From a virus (Duplodnaviria > Caudoviricetes), in the IMG/VR virus record IMGVR_UViG_3300032038_009890, positions 96,001 through 160,000 of that record: a DNA stretch of 64,000 nucleotides; one strand, given 5' to 3'. Below, in pieces: positions 60,653-64,000 of this stretch (position 1 is the first letter of the stretch; each line of letters opens with the position of its first letter). The notes beneath the pieces are model-generated. The model searched no databases. It was not told the origin of the DNA and worked only from the letters and a program-made list of their open reading frames with translations. The translations under genes were made by a program, and so were the position numbers.

Positions 60653-61786
60653 ATGCAAATACTAACTGATCAATCCCAATACAACAACATCCATGGCAAA
60701 ATCGGCCTAATAGATGCAGACCTACTTGATGGTGGCACCAGATTCCCTAACCTCGTCATAGAAAAGCTTTCAGGTTACTATAAAGAGCGTGGCCTAGATA
60801 TCTCGCTTATCTGTTCCTATAAAGACCTCGATCCTTCTACTTACGACACTATCTTTCTATCTAGGGTCTTCGACTTCACAGAAGTACCTGAAGAAATACT
60901 TGCCGCGCCTAATGTCTATGTAGGTGGCACAGGATTCTTCTTTGACAAAGCTACTCCTCTCCCCTACTCTATAGAGCATCATATGCCTGACTATCATATC
61001 TACGACCGGTACATCGAATTAAACAAAACCAGATTCAAGGCTAAGAACTATTTTGATAATTATAACTATAGCGTAGGCTTTGCTACACGGGGCTGTTTTA
61101 GGCAGTGCCCATTCTGTGTGAATCAGAACTATAAGAAGGTAGAGTTCAATGCGCATATATCAGAATTCTACGATCCTTCTACTAAAGGTATAGTCCTGCT
61201 CGATGATAATATCTTAGGATATAGTAAATGGCATGAAATACTTACTGAATTGCACGAAATAAATAGACCTTTTATGTTTAAGCAGGGCATGGATATACGC
61301 TTAATGACTGTAGATAAGGCAAAGATGCTTAATGACTCTAAGTACATCGACAGATTTATCTTTGCATTTGATAATATCAATGATAGGCCGCAAGTAGAGC
61401 ATGGTCTTGCTATTTGGCGCGAATACTGTAAGCGCAGGTCTATGTTATATGTCTTAACAGGATTCTATAGTCAGGATGCAGAGGACATTAAAGCTATATT
61501 TGAGCGTTGTGATGTTTTAGAAAAATATGATTGTTTACCCTATCTTATGAGGCATAAAAACTATCTGAATAGTCCTTATAAGGGATTATATATTTCTCTG
61601 GCCAGATGGATGAATCAGCACAATATGTTTAAGAATAAGACCTTCAGAGAATTCGTTAATGTTAGTCAGAGTCAAATTAAGCGCGAAGGATTTATTGGCG
61701 CTGATTTAAGAGCATTGCGCCAGTTTGAAAATGATTGCCCAGAGATTGCTAAAAAGTGGTTCGACAAAAGATATAATATTAGCTAA
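60653..61786 (+). CDS. Radical SAM protein
   Basis: TRGCFRQCPFC, LLDDN, QGMDIR, FAFD. Confidence 0.85.
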   Translation: MQILTDQSQYNNIHGKIGLIDADLLDGGTRFPNLVIEKLSGYYKERGLDISLICSYKDLDPSTYDTIFLSRVFDFTEVPEEILAAPNVYVGGTGFFFDKATPLPYSIEHHMPDYHIYDRYIELNKTRFKAKNYFDNYNYSVGFATRGCFRQCPFCVNQNYKKVEFNAHISEFYDPSTKGIVLLDDNILGYSKWHEILTELHEINRPFMFKQGMDIRLMTVDKAKMLNDSKYIDRFIFAFDNINDRPQVEHGLAIWREYCKRRSMLYVLTGFYSQDAEDIKAIFERCDVLEKYDCLPYLMRHKNYLNSPYKGLYISLARWMNQHNMFKNKTFREFVNVSQSQIKREGFIGADLRALRQFENDCPEIAKKWFDKRYNIS

Positions 61787-61798
61787 AGGAGAATACTA

Positions 61799-62230
61799 AT
61801 GAATAATAACGATCTATTACAACTACTCCAGGATAATGGCTATACCAAACAAGACTTACTTAACTACGCAAATGCTATTGCAGATGCCGATCGCAAAGCC
61901 GCGATTATTGCAGAAGATAATGAGAAGTTATCTTATTTAGGGAAATGCTATAAAGTGGATCATACTTACTATAAAGTAATATCACGCCTTGGTTATTATC
62001 ATAGAGAGGTAAGTTGTTTATTCTTTGGCGAAGACCCTGTTTTAACTTTGCATCTAGATTATAATGGAATTCGCGGTGAGGTTATACTGGACTCAGATAG
62101 TGTTATAGATGTAGCCTCCGTGAGCTTAGACAAATTACTACGAGGCGTTGAGATCACACTAGAAGAATTTAATAAGGCGTATGATAACTATGTAAATATT
62201 CTAAAGGAGATAGTATGGATAGAGGATTAA
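61799..62230 (+). CDS. Hypothetical protein
   Basis: AAGGAG RBS. Confidence 0.6.
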   Translation: MNNNDLLQLLQDNGYTKQDLLNYANAIADADRKAAIIAEDNEKLSYLGKCYKVDHTYYKVISRLGYYHREVSCLFFGEDPVLTLHLDYNGIRGEVILDSDSVIDVASVSLDKLLRGVEITLEEFNKAYDNYVNILKEIVWIED

Positions 62231-62607
62231 AACCCTGCTTAGAGGCAGTACATATTGTACAAGATATTTTAGCAGAACATCCAGATACAGGGCAGAAGTT
62301 ATATGAGGAGACTATATGGACTTTCGTGCTAGATAAGATGGCGTGGGCAGAGTTATATGCGGTGCCTGATAAAGAAAGTATTGTTTCTATTGATGTATTC
62401 GTGCATCCAAATTATCGAGGACATGATTTGGGCAAGCTCTGTGTAAAGAAATGCATAGACTGGGCGCAAGATAATGGTGTATATTGTATAGAATGGTATG
62501 TTAGGGCTAGGAATAAAGCATCTATATACCTTGCGCAAAGTTGCGGCTTTACTATAGTACCGTATATGAGTAATCATCTATGGACTACTTTGGCGCTTCG
62601 CTTATAG
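62215..62607 (+). CDS. GNAT acetyltransferase
   Basis: VHPNYRGHDLG motif A; N.ASI.LA...GF. Confidence 0.8.
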   Translation: MDRGLKPCLEAVHIVQDILAEHPDTGQKLYEETIWTFVLDKMAWAELYAVPDKESIVSIDVFVHPNYRGHDLGKLCVKKCIDWAQDNGVYCIEWYVRARNKASIYLAQSCGFTIVPYMSNHLWTTLALRL

Positions 62608-62617
62608 GCGAAAACTA

Positions 62618-62646
62618 TTGACTTTTATCCTCAAATGTCATATAAT
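62618..62646 (+). promoter_or_regulatory. Sigma-A promoter
   Basis: TTGACT-N17-TATAAT. Confidence 0.75.
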
Positions 62647-62651
62647 GTAAA

Positions 62652-63311
62652 GTGATGCAGATCAACTTGATTCGGAGGAAAGATATGAAGAAGAAAGCAC
62701 TTAAAAGTGATGGTTTGATTATCTATAACAACTTTGGTGATCTTTATCCTGCAAACGTCTATGCAGAGAGTCCTAATGCCGTGCAGACGGCGCCAGATGG
62801 CACCCGCCACCTCATGTATGGTTATTATGTTGTAGATACGCGCCACATTCTAGGCGGCGGGTTTAGACTGTGTGAAGCAAATAAGAACAACCCTGAAATA
62901 GAGCGAGAGCCTCGTCTTTATGACTCTGTTGCGGAAATTGAGGCCCTGCCTATGCTTTGTCCAGAAAGCGGCGAGTTTATTGGCTATAAGATAGTCTTTG
63001 TTGGCGAGCGTACGGGTGTATATGCCATTGCAAAGCTTCTTATTCCTGCTGATGCCAAGAGGACTAATGCCTACGGGCATACCCAGTGCCGTGCTGATAA
63101 GGTCAAGGTTCTGGATATCTATTCCTGTGGGCATCACTATAATGAGGGTCATAATTTGGGCCTTAACACGGCATCTGCTGAAACTACATATACTGTGGGC
63201 AAAATGGTCTATGCTAATGGGTTTTGCGGCGACAGGTGGAAGATCACGGAGCAGGGCATTCACTATTTTATGACTGAGAAAGATACTATGAGGTGGTGGG
63301 GAGATGAATAA
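62652..63311 (+). CDS. DUF5758-like protein, paralogue 1
   Basis: CPE.G.FIGYK, L.IPADA.R, CRA.K..V, Y.VG, GIH.F. Confidence 0.7.
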   Translation: MMQINLIRRKDMKKKALKSDGLIIYNNFGDLYPANVYAESPNAVQTAPDGTRHLMYGYYVVDTRHILGGGFRLCEANKNNPEIEREPRLYDSVAEIEALPMLCPESGEFIGYKIVFVGERTGVYAIAKLLIPADAKRTNAYGHTQCRADKVKVLDIYSCGHHYNEGHNLGLNTASAETTYTVGKMVYANGFCGDRWKITEQGIHYFMTEKDTMRWWGDE

Positions 63312-63930
63312 GAGAAAGTCTTTGGTAAGTGATGGTTATGTTCTTTCTGACTATGGCGGGGAGCTTTATCCTGTTGCCGTATATGTGCCGAATGCCTCTG
63401 TAATCCAAGAAGAAAAGGATGGGCGGCGCTTTATTCTCTATGGGCACTATATAGCAGATATGCGTAATATCATGGGCATTAAGGACTTTATGATCTTAGA
63501 TGCCGAGGCATCGCTCTGCGGGGTTAGTTCTACGCCCAGACTTTATGATTCTATTGATGAGATTAAAGCACTGCCGATGATCTGCCCAGAGCAGGGTGCC
63601 TTTGAGGCATACAAGCCTGTTCTCGTGGAGGATAATAGAGCATATAAGTATGGCACCGCGCGCATTATGGTCCCTGCTGATGCTCTGCGGGTTAATCCTT
63701 ATGGCCAGAAGTGGTGCCGTGCTAACAAGATCACTATTCTTGATATCTATGATGAGAATGGCGCTCATTATGCCGGGGCAACAAGCCCGAGTGTTTGTCA
63801 GGACAGCAGTGCGGGCGTTATGTATCATGTGGGCGAGACTATCTGCGCAGATTTTATGGACCTTGACAGGCGTATAATAAACACGCATGGCATTATCTTT
63901 TTTATGGAGGAAGAAGATTTATGGCAGTAA
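63304..63930 (+). CDS. DUF5758-like protein, paralogue 2
   Basis: Same motifs as 62652-63311. Confidence 0.7.
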   Translation: MNKRKSLVSDGYVLSDYGGELYPVAVYVPNASVIQEEKDGRRFILYGHYIADMRNIMGIKDFMILDAEASLCGVSSTPRLYDSIDEIKALPMICPEQGAFEAYKPVLVEDNRAYKYGTARIMVPADALRVNPYGQKWCRANKITILDIYDENGAHYAGATSPSVCQDSSAGVMYHVGETICADFMDLDRRIINTHGIIFFMEEEDLWQ

Positions 63931-64000
63931 AGTGTATTGACAATCTTGTGGACCCTGCTCTCAAATGCACCTACTCTAAAATTAGGTATCTTGTCGCTAA

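Noticed and set aside
1-64000. Genome-wide TAG reassignment
   Set aside because: All long genes are intact in code 11 and several ORFs end in TAG; only the GIY-YIG gene has in-frame TAGs.
1-64000. Reverse transcriptase, DGR, retron, IS elements, rRNA, tmRNA or cas genes
   Set aside because: No supporting motifs were recognised.

Overview
This is a 64-kb segment of a large, probably temperate, SPbeta-like phage of a Firmicute (Clostridia-like) host. No virion structural genes fall in the window. From 1 to about 55.2 kb nearly everything is on the minus strand, in this order: (i) an SPbeta yorF-yorK-like replication block (SSB-like, AAA ATPase, DnaB-like helicase, primase, RecJ); (ii) a Ter/PspA/vWA/adenylosuccinate-synthetase-like/P-type ATPase stress cluster; (iii) RNA-repair enzymes (Pnkp-ligase, kinase-HD) and a radical SAM gene with three ETNSSS paralogues; (iv) a ~5.4-kb tRNA/ncRNA island (27.2-32.6 kb) with a DUF2828 (TROVE/Ro60-like vWA) gene embedded in it; (v) a yopP/yopQ/yopR-like immunity module beside eight abutting DnaA boxes; (vi) a GC-richer region of small genes driven by ten near-identical sigma-A promoters. 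After about 55.5 kb genes switch to the plus strand. The most notable signals are in non-coding RNA: eight covarying helix+ACAGCAA elements around the DUF2828 gene (three grafted into tRNA bodies), a tRNA-like RNA nested inside another tRNA's anticodon loop, four preQ1-I-like pseudoknots each 4-5 nt ahead of a tRNA(-like) RNA, and six acceptor/T-arm minihelices punctuating the 50.7-54.8 kb operon. All folds and protein family calls were made by eye; no searches were run.
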